Below are positions 38,311 to 47,776 of a DNA stretch of 64,000 nt, piece by piece (the stretch's first letter is position 1; each line of letters starts with the position of its first letter). This DNA comes from Saprospiraceae bacterium (lineage in GTDB: Bacteria; Bacteroidota; Bacteroidia; Chitinophagales; Saprospiraceae): positions 1,236 through 65,235 of the forward strand of contig JBGAVW010000008.1 of assembly GCA_044227925.1 (NCBI GenBank). Reading direction: 5' to 3'. The translations under genes and the position numbers were made by a program. The notes under the pieces are model-generated. The model did no database searches. It saw only the letters and a program-made list of their open reading frames with translations, and was not told the origin of the DNA.

Positions 38311-39726
38311 TTACAATCCATATTTGTCTATTAAGAATACCAGCGAAGTCATTGCAGCCGCACCAAGCAGTAATTCTCTTTTGTTTACGGCATCAAACTT
38401 GTCTATAGCAGTGTGATGGTAATCAAAATACCGCTGGCTGTCAGGTTGTAAATTACTAAGTAATCCTTTTTGGCTCCGAAGTGGTCCAATATCAGCACCT
38501 CCTCCACTTGGGTAGAGTCTAAGATCATAAGGTTCTAATAAGGTTGCCCAGGTATTTACCTTTTTAAAATAGGTTTCAAAAACTTCTTTGTCTGCAGAAA
38601 AACCAAACCCTTTCGGTATAAATCCACCACTGTCTGATTCCAGCGCAAAAATGTGCTTTTCTTTTTTCATATTGGAGGCATTGGCATAGGCTGTACCTCC
38701 AGCCAAGCCATTTTCTTCATTTTGAAACATCACAGCTCTTACCGTACGCAATGGCTTGTAGCCCAGTTTTTTAAATTGATACAAAATTTCTATGCTTTGA
38801 ACACAGCCGGCGCCATCATCGTGTGCCCCTTCACCAACATCCCACGAATCCAAATGACCACCTGCTACAATACATTCATTTGGAAATCGGGTCCCTTTGA
38901 TTTCTCCTATTACATTATAACTCCATTTTTCGGGCAACATTTTACATTCATTTCTAATGTACAGGTTTACCTTCCCTTTTTTCAATTCCCTACTCAGCAA
39001 TTCCGCAGCATTTGTACTTATAGCCAATGCAGGTATTTGTTTCTCGCCTGCTTGAAAGTTGGTAGCCCCGGTATGAGGGTGGTCATCAAGGTTGGTGGTC
39101 ATACTACGAACTATGGCGCCTATAGCACCATACTTAGATGCCATGGCAGGCCCCCTTCCTCTTTGGTCCACTGCGCCCCCATACGCTGCAAAGGTGCGCA
39201 GCTGGGTCACATCCATAGGCCTATTAAAAAAGACTATTTTACCAGGCAATATTGATTTCAGTTTTTCAAGGGTATCAAGTGAAAACACTTCTATTACTTC
39301 ACCGGTAATACCGATTGGACCGGTACCTGTACTGTTTCCAAGAGAAAGAGCATTCAATTCCTGGTCACCAATAAATGGAGAATTAATGATCTTAACTTGT
39401 TCTTTATTTCCTCTCACCCAATGCGGCACTTTGCAGGGTTGCAAATAAACGGTATCCAATCCGAGGCTGTCCATTATTTGCTTGGTAATTTCTATTGCTG
39501 CCATACTTGAAGGTGATCCTGCCAGTCTGCCCGGGGCTTTGCTGGTAAGGGTTCGAAGCCATTCGTATGACTGACCACTTCTTAATGTATTATCATGTAT
39601 GGATTTGATCATCCAGGCATCGTCCATCATGGTTTGTCCTAGTAAGTCAGTAGGAAATATTAAGATTTTGAAAATGACAAAGCATAAGCTTAATTTGATT
39701 ATTTGATTTAGCATATTCGACTTCAT
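38311..39726 (-). CDS. M28-family zinc aminopeptidase
   Basis: Signal peptide. Metal-ligand region 'GGHLDSWDVGEGAHDDGAG' and 'FQNEENGLAG'. Confidence 0.8.
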   Translation of the reverse strand: MKSNMLNQIIKLSLCFVIFKILIFPTDLLGQTMMDDAWMIKSIHDNTLRSGQSYEWLRTLTSKAPGRLAGSPSSMAAIEITKQIMDSLGLDTVYLQPCKVPHWVRGNKEQVKIINSPFIGDQELNALSLGNSTGTGPIGITGEVIEVFSLDTLEKLKSILPGKIVFFNRPMDVTQLRTFAAYGGAVDQRGRGPAMASKYGAIGAIVRSMTTNLDDHPHTGATNFQAGEKQIPALAISTNAAELLSRELKKGKVNLYIRNECKMLPEKWSYNVIGEIKGTRFPNECIVAGGHLDSWDVGEGAHDDGAGCVQSIEILYQFKKLGYKPLRTVRAVMFQNEENGLAGGTAYANASNMKKEKHIFALESDSGGFIPKGFGFSADKEVFETYFKKVNTWATLLEPYDLRLYPSGGGADIGPLRSQKGLLSNLQPDSQRYFDYHHTAIDKFDAVNKRELLLGAAAMTSLVFLIDKYGL

Positions 39727-39806
39727 TTTAAGATACTTTTACAGCGTCAAGATATTGAAGAAATATCTGATTTAATAGATTAATTTGGTTTCATTTGGTT
39801 AGGGTC

Positions 39807-39842
39807 GAGGTAATGTAAGCAATTACATTACCTCCTTTTTTT
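39807..39842 (+). terminator. Strong rho-independent terminator with no upstream + strand CDS
   Basis: Perfect 12-bp stem gaggtaatgtaa / ttacattacctc with GNRA tetraloop GCAA, followed by C and 7 T. Confidence 0.75.
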
Positions 39843-39934
39843 AGGTAAACCACTGGATTTCAGCTTGCTTTGTTTCAATCTCTTTATGGTAAAGTGACTT
39901 TTCCGTATCTTTTCGTCTAATTTATCAAATCCTT

Positions 39935-40546
39935 ATGTGGCTGATTATAAAATTTTTAGAAGCTCTCTTTGGGAAGTTTACGCGTAAGGATTCGCATACG
40001 TTAGCAGATGAAGCTTTGGTAGCACAGTATCTGAACACACAGGATGATTTTTTGTTTTCAATACTGTACAATAGGTATTCATCTAAAATATATGCAAAAT
40101 GTGTATCTATGTTAAAGAATATGGAAGTAGCGCAAGACAGCACCCATGATATTTTTATTAAAGTTTTGACCAATATTTCAAAGTTTAACCAGGAGTCAAA
40201 ATTTTCAACATGGCTTTTTTCAATTACGTATAACCATTGCATAGACCAGATCAGAAAAAACAAAAAAAACCTATTTGCCAATGTAGAAGTTGAAAAACTG
40301 GACCAGGAGGAAGAAATAAGTGATGTATTCCTTATGGAAACCAATTTATTAAGACTAAAACATGTTTTGACCAAGATGGATGACGACGAAAAGACATTGT
40401 TATTAATGAAATACCAGGACGATATGTCTATCAAAGAAATCGGGGATATATTGGGAAAGGAGGAAAGTGCCACCAAAATGAGGATCAAAAGAGCTAAGCA
40501 TAGGTTTAAATTAATATACGACGATATTTATAAAAAAGAAGATTAA
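39935..40546 (+). CDS. ECF-type RNA polymerase sigma-70 family factor
   Basis: Region 2 'FSTWLFSITYNHCIDQIRK' and region 4 HTH 'MSIKEIGDILGKEESATKMRIKRAK'. Confidence 0.85.
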   Translation: MWLIIKFLEALFGKFTRKDSHTLADEALVAQYLNTQDDFLFSILYNRYSSKIYAKCVSMLKNMEVAQDSTHDIFIKVLTNISKFNQESKFSTWLFSITYNHCIDQIRKNKKNLFANVEVEKLDQEEEISDVFLMETNLLRLKHVLTKMDDDEKTLLLMKYQDDMSIKEIGDILGKEESATKMRIKRAKHRFKLIYDDIYKKED

Positions 40547-40569
40547 CAGGAGCTATAAACAATATTAGT

Positions 40570-40797
40570 ATGGAAATAAATAATTTCAAAGAACTTGAAC
40601 GGCAAGAGATTGCTGAACTTGGTAAACCACCTGAAACCATACGGCAAAAAATAGCGCATAATATAGGACTCTTCCGATTCATTGGCGATCTGGTCGAGCT
40701 CTATCTACCGAATGCAGGTAAATCCATTATAGGCATGACTACCGGAGATTCAAAGAAAGAGCCGGTTAAATATCCAAATCAGGATCCCAATATATAA
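40570..40797 (+). CDS. Small hypothetical protein, possibly a cognate anti-sigma or regulator
   Basis: 75-aa ORF starting 23 nt after the sigma gene. One moderately hydrophobic segment (IGLFRFIGDLVELYL). No recognisable motif. Confidence 0.4.
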   Translation: MEINNFKELERQEIAELGKPPETIRQKIAHNIGLFRFIGDLVELYLPNAGKSIIGMTTGDSKKEPVKYPNQDPNI

Positions 40798-40815
40798 TCA
40801 CAAATCATTATTGCT

Positions 40816-41670
40816 ATGGAAAATTCATTAAATCTGGTAAGAGAATTATTGACGAGTATGGTCGCCACCTTGCCAAAGTTATTAGGTTGCATCATCATTT
40901 TGATACTTGGATACATAGTGGCTAAAATCGTAGCTACTGTGGTCAAAACAGCTGTTTCGAGAGTAGGGATTGATAAATTTGGTGAAAAACTTGAGGATAT
41001 TGATTTTATTCAAAAAAATAATTTAAAAATAAAGATCTCATCCATACTGAGTAAAATCCTGTATTTCTTTATACTGCTCATATTTATTGTTGCAGCCACC
41101 GATGTTCTTGGCATGCCTGCTTTATCAGATCTTTTCAAAAACATGCTTAATTACATCCCGAATGTGGTTGTAGCTATCGTCATGCTAATGATAGGGGTAT
41201 TGGTAGGTGACTCCCTGCGAAAAGGGATAGAAACAACAGGCAAATCTTTGGGAATTCCATCAGCCAGTATTTTGGCAAATGCCTTTTTCTATTTCATATT
41301 AATCAATTTCTTAATGGCCGCTTTGGGTCAGTTAAACATTGATACTCAATTTATCGAATCCAACATTTTGATAGCAGTCGCCGGCATATCTTTGGCCTTT
41401 GCCATCGGGTATGGCCTTGCCTCTAAAAATATACTGGCTAATTTAGTATCCGGATTTTATACCAAGGATAAATTCAGTATCGGGGATGAAATAACTGTAG
41501 ATGGTGCCCGGGGTCAGATAATAAAAATGGACAGATCTTCCCTGACTTTATTACAAGCCAATAATGAAAAAACCATTGTCCCGATGTCTAAACTCACCAA
41601 TGACAATGTTATCATCCATAAAGAGGCATTGGCGCAGCTGGAAACAATTGAAGTAAAAAGAATCGAATGA
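40816..41670 (+). CDS. Mechanosensitive-channel-like (MscS family) membrane protein
   Basis: Several TM helices. The C-terminal beta-domain-like 'FSIGDEITVDGARGQIIKMDRSSLTLLQANNEKTIVPMSKL' fits the MscS pattern. Confidence 0.65.
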   Translation: MENSLNLVRELLTSMVATLPKLLGCIIILILGYIVAKIVATVVKTAVSRVGIDKFGEKLEDIDFIQKNNLKIKISSILSKILYFFILLIFIVAATDVLGMPALSDLFKNMLNYIPNVVVAIVMLMIGVLVGDSLRKGIETTGKSLGIPSASILANAFFYFILINFLMAALGQLNIDTQFIESNILIAVAGISLAFAIGYGLASKNILANLVSGFYTKDKFSIGDEITVDGARGQIIKMDRSSLTLLQANNEKTIVPMSKLTNDNVIIHKEALAQLETIEVKRIE

Positions 41671-41797
41671 TCATTTATTTTATCCGTCGTATTTAATTTA
41701 GAATCCAGGCTTATATGAATGACTAAGCTGATCACCATTAGTTTAAGTAATATAATTATTATTTTAGTCAAAAAATTAAATTTATAAATAAATAGAT

Positions 41798-42841
41798 ATG
41801 AAAAAGTTTACACTTTTACTAGGTGCATTCTTGTGGAGTGTGCTCACAATGGCACAAAATGACGACGCCGCCCGTACAGCTGAACTGGCCAAAAAAGCAA
41901 TTAAAGAAGCAAAAGAAGATGGTTGGCTTCAAGGTGGTGGTTTTGGTGTCGATTTGGGTCAATTATTACAAATCAATCCCAAAGTGGGTGCTGGTGAAAA
42001 CAGACTTGGTGTCGGCGGAGCCATCACTTATTTTGCTAAGTACAAAAAAGGGCTTTTATCTTTTGACAACATTGGTTCATTAAACTTAAGTGTAGTCAAA
42101 CTAGGTACTGGTATTCTTGCAGGCACATCCTCTTTTGCCGAAGTAAAACAACCTTTCCAGAAATCTATAGATGAATTGAGAATAACATCAAGACTAGGAT
42201 ATCGAACCAGAACAGATTCTAAATTTTCCTATGCTGTGGACTTTGGGTTCTTAAGCCAATTTACTCCCACATACAGGGGAACTGATAATAAAAACTACAT
42301 GAAACAATTTAACACCGGAACTATAAAGACTTCCTTAGTCGCAAAATTGTTTTCACCTGCATATATCACCCTGGCCCCTGGTATAGATTACAAACCCAGA
42401 CAAAACCTTTCTTTCTTCATTGCCCCATTTGGTTATAAATCGGTAATTGTAGCAGATCGAGACCTCGCCAGGTTGAATATACATGGCAACCGATGGAGAA
42501 GTGTGAATGACTTTGACCTTTCAGACAATCAATTGGGAGGACTGGCCAAAGGAATTTATACAGGGAAATATGCTAAAAATAAAATTACTCATACCAGCAC
42601 ACTCACTCTATTCTCAAACTACCTTGGTCAGCCTCAAAATGTTGATCTTGACTGGATCAATCAATTCGGATTTAATATTTATAAGGGCTTTGAAATTTCT
42701 GTTTGGACAGATATCTTCTACGATCATGATGTTAAAGTGCAGATTACCGATTACAGTCAATTGGGCGGTGTGAAAGCCACCACTGGCAGAAGGGTAAGCT
42801 TTGTAGAGCAATTACTTGTAAAATACAATATCATATTCTGA
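41798..42841 (+). CDS. Outer-membrane beta-barrel-like protein, probably DUF3078 family
   Basis: Signal peptide. 'GWLQGGGFGVDLGQ' is followed by alternating beta-strand-like sequence ending in an aromatic residue (..KYNIIF). Confidence 0.5.
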   Translation: MKKFTLLLGAFLWSVLTMAQNDDAARTAELAKKAIKEAKEDGWLQGGGFGVDLGQLLQINPKVGAGENRLGVGGAITYFAKYKKGLLSFDNIGSLNLSVVKLGTGILAGTSSFAEVKQPFQKSIDELRITSRLGYRTRTDSKFSYAVDFGFLSQFTPTYRGTDNKNYMKQFNTGTIKTSLVAKLFSPAYITLAPGIDYKPRQNLSFFIAPFGYKSVIVADRDLARLNIHGNRWRSVNDFDLSDNQLGGLAKGIYTGKYAKNKITHTSTLTLFSNYLGQPQNVDLDWINQFGFNIYKGFEISVWTDIFYDHDVKVQITDYSQLGGVKATTGRRVSFVEQLLVKYNIIF

Positions 42842-42869
42842 TCTCCCAAATCATACAATCAACAAGATT

Positions 42870-42892
42870 GGGGAGGCAACTCCCCTTTTTTT
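42870..42892 (+). terminator. Rho-independent terminator ending the sigma/MscS/DUF3078 transcription unit
   Basis: Stem ggggag / ctcccc with GNRA loop GCAA, followed by 7 T and then an A-run. Confidence 0.7.
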
Positions 42893-42951
42893 AAAAAAAA
42901 CAATTTCCAGCATTAATTTTAGTAATTGCATACTCCTTATATTTACTGCAA

Positions 42952-43719
42952 ATGAGGGCTATACATTACTCGGTACCATTAGTTCTATTGGTTGTTTTCA
43001 GCACGATCATGGTTTTTTTGGGAAATCAGTCCTGGGTATTGGGAATAGGCATAGGCATTATAGGCTTGGTTTCTTTGTTTTTTCTTAAAGATGCTATTGA
43101 TTGGAAATACTATATAAAAAACCCACCTGGCCTGGAAGCCCCAATATTGAAACTATTGTCAGATATACCTTTTTATAAACAATTAACCTTAGGCGATAAA
43201 AGCAAATTTGAACAAAGACTGGCTTTATTTATGATCGCTCATGAATATAAAATGCAACCAACCAAGAGATCAGCTGATGATGAAGCAGTAAATGCACCTG
43301 AAGATCTGAAAGCTATTTGTTCTATACCGGCTATCATACTTACCTTTTATGAAGAAAATTATCTTTTCAAAGAAATAGAGCAAATCGTTTTATATAACCA
43401 CCCTTTCCCAAGCCCCCGATATCATGAATTACATTCCTGTGAGTCAAACAAAGAAGACAAGGTGCTTATATTTTCACTTCCGCACCTTGAAAAAGGAGTA
43501 AAAGATCCCTTTACTTATTTTGATATTGGCATGTATGAATGGGCTCGCATTAGTGAAAATATTTCTTACCATTGCATTGACTGGCATCATTTTACTTTAT
43601 TACACGGCATCCCCAAAGAAGCTTATGAAAAAGTAATCGGATTACCACTTATTGATCTGCCAGCCGTCTGTAGAGTGACAGAAATACATCAAGGATACCT
43701 GAACACCATCAAGTACTGA
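42952..43719 (+). CDS. Hypothetical membrane protein
   Basis: 255 aa with two N-terminal TM helices. No motif recognised. Confidence 0.5.
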   Translation: MRAIHYSVPLVLLVVFSTIMVFLGNQSWVLGIGIGIIGLVSLFFLKDAIDWKYYIKNPPGLEAPILKLLSDIPFYKQLTLGDKSKFEQRLALFMIAHEYKMQPTKRSADDEAVNAPEDLKAICSIPAIILTFYEENYLFKEIEQIVLYNHPFPSPRYHELHSCESNKEDKVLIFSLPHLEKGVKDPFTYFDIGMYEWARISENISYHCIDWHHFTLLHGIPKEAYEKVIGLPLIDLPAVCRVTEIHQGYLNTIKY

Positions 43720-43727
43720 TTAATTCC

Positions 43728-46514
43728 CTATTTATTTTCTGTTTCGGTTTCAGGTGTAATATCTCCATTCCTCTTAATATTATTTGCAGCATCTTCTACA
43801 TCCTTGGTGGCTTTATTTAATTTGTCTATATTTTTATCCCTGCTGTTTTTATTTTTCAAGTCAGTATCTACACTATCCATTGCACTATGATGTACCGTTC
43901 CATTAGGATTTAATTTGGATTTAAACGTAAACCCTTTTATATCAGTATCTACCAAGATGGTATCTCCGGGACTAAATGTTCCGGACAACAGAAATTTAGC
44001 CAATTCATCGATAATATCTCCCTGGATCACCCGCTTCAATGGTCGGGCACCAAACTGTGGATCATATCCCAGGTCCACCAACAGGTTTAGTGCATTTTCA
44101 CTGAGTTCTATATCCAGGCTTTGTTTTGCCAGGTTTTTCTTTATTGATTTAAGCTGTAACCTGGCTATTTGTTTTATTTCAGGCTTACTTAAAGGTAAAA
44201 ACATGATTTTGTCATCTATCCTATTGAGAAACTCCGGTCTCATGTTTTCTTTTAAAAGATCGAATACTTCCATTTTAGTAGTTTCAATAATCTCTGTTTT
44301 ATGTTTGTCACCGAGAGCTTCCAAATCTTCAAAATTTTCCAATATTTTATCAGCTCCCATATTGGAAGTCATAATGATAATTGTATTTTTAAAATTGGCT
44401 ACCCTGCCTTTATTGTCAGTGAGTCTTCCATCGTCCAATACCTGTAATAAAATATTGAAAGTATCCGGATGTGCTTTTTCAATCTCATCCAATAATATAA
44501 TGGAATATGGACGCCTGCGCACCGCTTCGGTAAGTTGCCCCCCTTCGTCATAACCTACATATCCTGGAGGAGCACCAATCAATCTGGATACAGAATGTTT
44601 TTCTTGAAACTCACTCATATCTATTCTGATGATGGCTTTCTCATCATTAAAAAGCACTTCTGCTAAGGCTTTGGCCAATTCTGTTTTACCCACCCCGGTA
44701 GGTCCCAAAAAAATAAATGATCCAATTGGTTTATTAGGATCTCCTAATCCGGATCGGCTCCTCCTCACAGCATCGCTTACCGCTTTTACCGCGCCTGACT
44801 GGCCTATTAAACGTTTGCTTATTTCCGCTTCCAGCTCCAATAATTTTCCTCTTTCACTTTGTTGCATTTTTTGGATAGGTATGCCTGTCCATTTGGAGAC
44901 CACTGCGGCAATATCATTGGCGGTAACTTCCTGATTGGTAAGTCTTTTTTCTTCCGGAAATTCTTTGAGTTTGGCTTCTGCATCGGCCAGTTTCTTTTCC
45001 TCTTCCTTCAAAGATCCATATCTAATTTTGGCAACCACTTCATAATTACTTTCGCGCTCTGCTTTATCGGCCTGTTGAATCAGTTCTTCTATATTTTTCT
45101 TACATGATTGTATCTGATCTACAATCTCCTTTTCGTTTTTCCACTCAGCACTTACAATATCGAGTTTTTGTTTGGCTTCCGCCAGGGCCTTATTGATTGC
45201 ATCCAGTTTTAAAGGATCATTATCTCTTTTGATTACCTCTTTTTCGATTTCAAGTTGGCGTACTTTTCTTTGAAGCTCGTCTACTTCATCTGGCACACTG
45301 TCCAATTCCAGCCTGAGTTTAGCTGCAGATTCGTCTATGAGATCGATTGCCTTATCAGGTAATTGCCTGTCCTGAATATATCTGCTGGAGAGCTCAGCCG
45401 CAGCGACCAACGCCTCATCCAGAATATTAATTTTATGGAATACTTCATATTTATCCTGTACCCCTCGCAAAATTGAAATAGTTTCTTCAATGCTTGGCTC
45501 ATCAATGTACACAGTCTGAAACCTTCGCACCAATGCCTTATCTGATTCAAAATATTTTTGATATTCGTCAGAGGTAGTAGCCCCGATGGTATGCAATTCA
45601 CCCCTGGCCAAGGCTGGTTTTAAAATATTGGCAGCATCTATTGCCCCTTGGCCGCCTCCTGCCCCAATCAAAGAGTGTATTTCATCTATAAACAACACTA
45701 CCCTATCGCCGGATTCTTTTACTTCTTTGATTACTGCTTTCAACCTTTCTTCAAACTCCCCTTTGTATTTTGCCCCGGCAATCAGGGCCGCCATATCCAG
45801 CGAGAATATTTGTTTTTTTCGAAGATTTTCCGGGACATCTTGTCTTACAATACGCCAGGCAATCCCTTCTACTATCGCCGTTTTACCCACACCTGCTTCG
45901 CCCAATAAAATAGGATTATTTTTCTTTCTGCGGGAGAGTATATGCAATATTCTTCTGATCTCGTCATCTCGTCCGACAATAGGGTCAAGTTCACCATTTT
46001 CAGCTCTTTCATTTAAATTTACGGCGTATTTACCCAATGCATTATATGTAGTTTCTGCACCCTGCTCAGTTACCGTTCGGCCTTTTCTAAGTTCTTTTAT
46101 CGCATTTTTAACTCCTGCTTCAGTGGCTCCGGCATTTTTTAATAATTGTGCTGTCTTATCATTTCCCGTAAGTATGCCCAGCAATATCAGTTCCATGCTA
46201 ATATAATCATCGCCAAAATCCTTTAGCATATTTTTTGCCCTGGCAAGGCTCTGATTTGCCTCATTGGAAAGTACTTGCTTTACATCACCCTGTACACGCG
46301 GGTAGGTTTGCAATAATTTATCTAATTCAAGCTTAATGGAAGCTGCATTTACTCCGCTTTTTTTCAATAAAAAATCAGCCACACCTGATTCTGTAAGCAT
46401 GACTCCTTTGAGTAAATGTGGGGTATCTACTATTTGTTGGCCCAGGGATTCTGCAATTCGCTGCCCTTCTAAGATACATTCTTGTGCTTTTACCGTAAAT
46501 TGATCGTATGTCAT
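43728..46514 (-). CDS. clpB: ATP-dependent chaperone ClpB (with a ~65-aa C-terminal extension)
   Basis: Clp N-domain, two AAA+ modules (Walker A 'GEAGVGKT' and 'GPTGVGKT') and a long middle coiled coil. Confidence 0.95.
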   Translation of the reverse strand: MTYDQFTVKAQECILEGQRIAESLGQQIVDTPHLLKGVMLTESGVADFLLKKSGVNAASIKLELDKLLQTYPRVQGDVKQVLSNEANQSLARAKNMLKDFGDDYISMELILLGILTGNDKTAQLLKNAGATEAGVKNAIKELRKGRTVTEQGAETTYNALGKYAVNLNERAENGELDPIVGRDDEIRRILHILSRRKKNNPILLGEAGVGKTAIVEGIAWRIVRQDVPENLRKKQIFSLDMAALIAGAKYKGEFEERLKAVIKEVKESGDRVVLFIDEIHSLIGAGGGQGAIDAANILKPALARGELHTIGATTSDEYQKYFESDKALVRRFQTVYIDEPSIEETISILRGVQDKYEVFHKINILDEALVAAAELSSRYIQDRQLPDKAIDLIDESAAKLRLELDSVPDEVDELQRKVRQLEIEKEVIKRDNDPLKLDAINKALAEAKQKLDIVSAEWKNEKEIVDQIQSCKKNIEELIQQADKAERESNYEVVAKIRYGSLKEEEKKLADAEAKLKEFPEEKRLTNQEVTANDIAAVVSKWTGIPIQKMQQSERGKLLELEAEISKRLIGQSGAVKAVSDAVRRSRSGLGDPNKPIGSFIFLGPTGVGKTELAKALAEVLFNDEKAIIRIDMSEFQEKHSVSRLIGAPPGYVGYDEGGQLTEAVRRRPYSIILLDEIEKAHPDTFNILLQVLDDGRLTDNKGRVANFKNTIIIMTSNMGADKILENFEDLEALGDKHKTEIIETTKMEVFDLLKENMRPEFLNRIDDKIMFLPLSKPEIKQIARLQLKSIKKNLAKQSLDIELSENALNLLVDLGYDPQFGARPLKRVIQGDIIDELAKFLLSGTFSPGDTILVDTDIKGFTFKSKLNPNGTVHHSAMDSVDTDLKNKNSRDKNIDKLNKATKDVEDAANNIKRNGDITPETETENK

Positions 46515-46661
46515 TTCTTTATCTTATTTCGTTTCAAAATACGATGAATCAATTTCTTTACCAAAAAGATATTCCGTAAAAAATACGAATAAAAGTCAGG
46601 TAGCGACCAAACTATCTGCAATTTAGACATGCATTAATGTAGATAACTGAATATTTGTCAG

Positions 46662-47546
46662 TCAGACTAAAATCAAGTGCGCTACTTCATCTCGATACTC
46701 CAATGGTGTTTTGCCGGTGGTGTTTTTGAATAATCGGTTAAAATGAGAAGAATTATTAAATCCACTCTCAAAACAAATAGCTGCTATAGACATATCTGTT
46801 TCGGATATTAATTTGCAGGCATGTGTCACTCTGAATTCATTTACAAACTCCGTAAATGTTTTACCGGTCACGCGCTTAAAATACCTGCAAAATGAAGGGA
46901 TTTCCATAGTCACCAGTTTGGATATGTCTTCGAGCCTGATGTCATCCTTAAAATGATCTTTTACATAATTATAGATGCGGTCAATCTTATCATTATCCTG
47001 CTTTCGGAGCACCAGTGTAGGATTATTTGTATTGAGTAGTTCAAAATCTCCGGATAAAGCCAGTTTCCTAAAAACAGTAATTATACCCATCAACTTCGTA
47101 AAAGGATCCGACTCAGACAAAGACTCCAGCAAACCTCCTACTTCCTGTTTCGTTTTATCATGAAAAATAATGCCGGCTGCAGCTTTCCTTAATAATATTT
47201 GAATCTCCTTCATTTCCGGAATACTGAAAAATTCTTGGCCTAAAAAGTCTGATTTCATCTGCACTACAATCTCGGACCTGTGTCCCATTAATCTTTCTGT
47301 AAAGCCGTAATGTGGAAGATTAGGTCCCAATAGAATGAGGTCACCATTTTTATACTCGGAAATGTGATTCCCAATATGTCGTTTGGCCGATCCTGACTTT
47401 ACATAAACCAATTCTATTTCCGGATGATAATGCCAGAATGGTTTGAGATTCGGTTCAGGTTCATCAAATTTTCTAAATGTAAAGGACTGGTTAAAACTGG
47501 GTTCTATTAACTCAAGTACAGGCGGAACGCCCAGCATGCTTTTCAT
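46662..47546 (-). CDS. AraC-family transcriptional regulator with an N-terminal cupin-like domain
   Basis: C-terminal HTH 'AAICFESGFNNSSHFNRLFKNTTGKTPLEYR'. The N-terminal 'WHYHPEIELVYV' is cupin-like. Confidence 0.85.
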   Translation of the reverse strand: MKSMLGVPPVLELIEPSFNQSFTFRKFDEPEPNLKPFWHYHPEIELVYVKSGSAKRHIGNHISEYKNGDLILLGPNLPHYGFTERLMGHRSEIVVQMKSDFLGQEFFSIPEMKEIQILLRKAAAGIIFHDKTKQEVGGLLESLSESDPFTKLMGIITVFRKLALSGDFELLNTNNPTLVLRKQDNDKIDRIYNYVKDHFKDDIRLEDISKLVTMEIPSFCRYFKRVTGKTFTEFVNEFRVTHACKLISETDMSIAAICFESGFNNSSHFNRLFKNTTGKTPLEYRDEVAHLILV

Positions 47547-47776
47547 AAATATTGTGTAATGGGTTATAAAATCACAAAGTTCAATGTATAGGAATTAAGC
47601 CAGAATGAATTAACAATAAATTTACTTAAATGTCATGTTGAAAAAACGGATAAATTATTATTTTCAAAAATTAGAGGGTTAATTTTAATCCATATTATGA
47701 AAATACATGCGTAGCTATCTTCCATGATGCACGCCCATCTTTGTTACATCATTTGTAACCAAATTATTCTTATTAT

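Noticed and set aside
43915-46206. Long + strand ORFs (212, 101, 82, 206 and 86 aa) antisense to clpB. Similar antisense ORFs overlap the M28 peptidase (38653-39255, 39092-39448), the ECF sigma gene (39925-40488), the TonB receptor (32093-32623) and the coiled-coil gene (3741-4103, 5130-5423, 5706-6038).
   Set aside because: Their translations are low-complexity and S/F/L/I-rich, with no motifs. They mirror the Glu/Lys/Asn-rich codon usage of the real genes, which removes stop codons on the opposite strand. The sense-strand genes have unambiguous family signatures.
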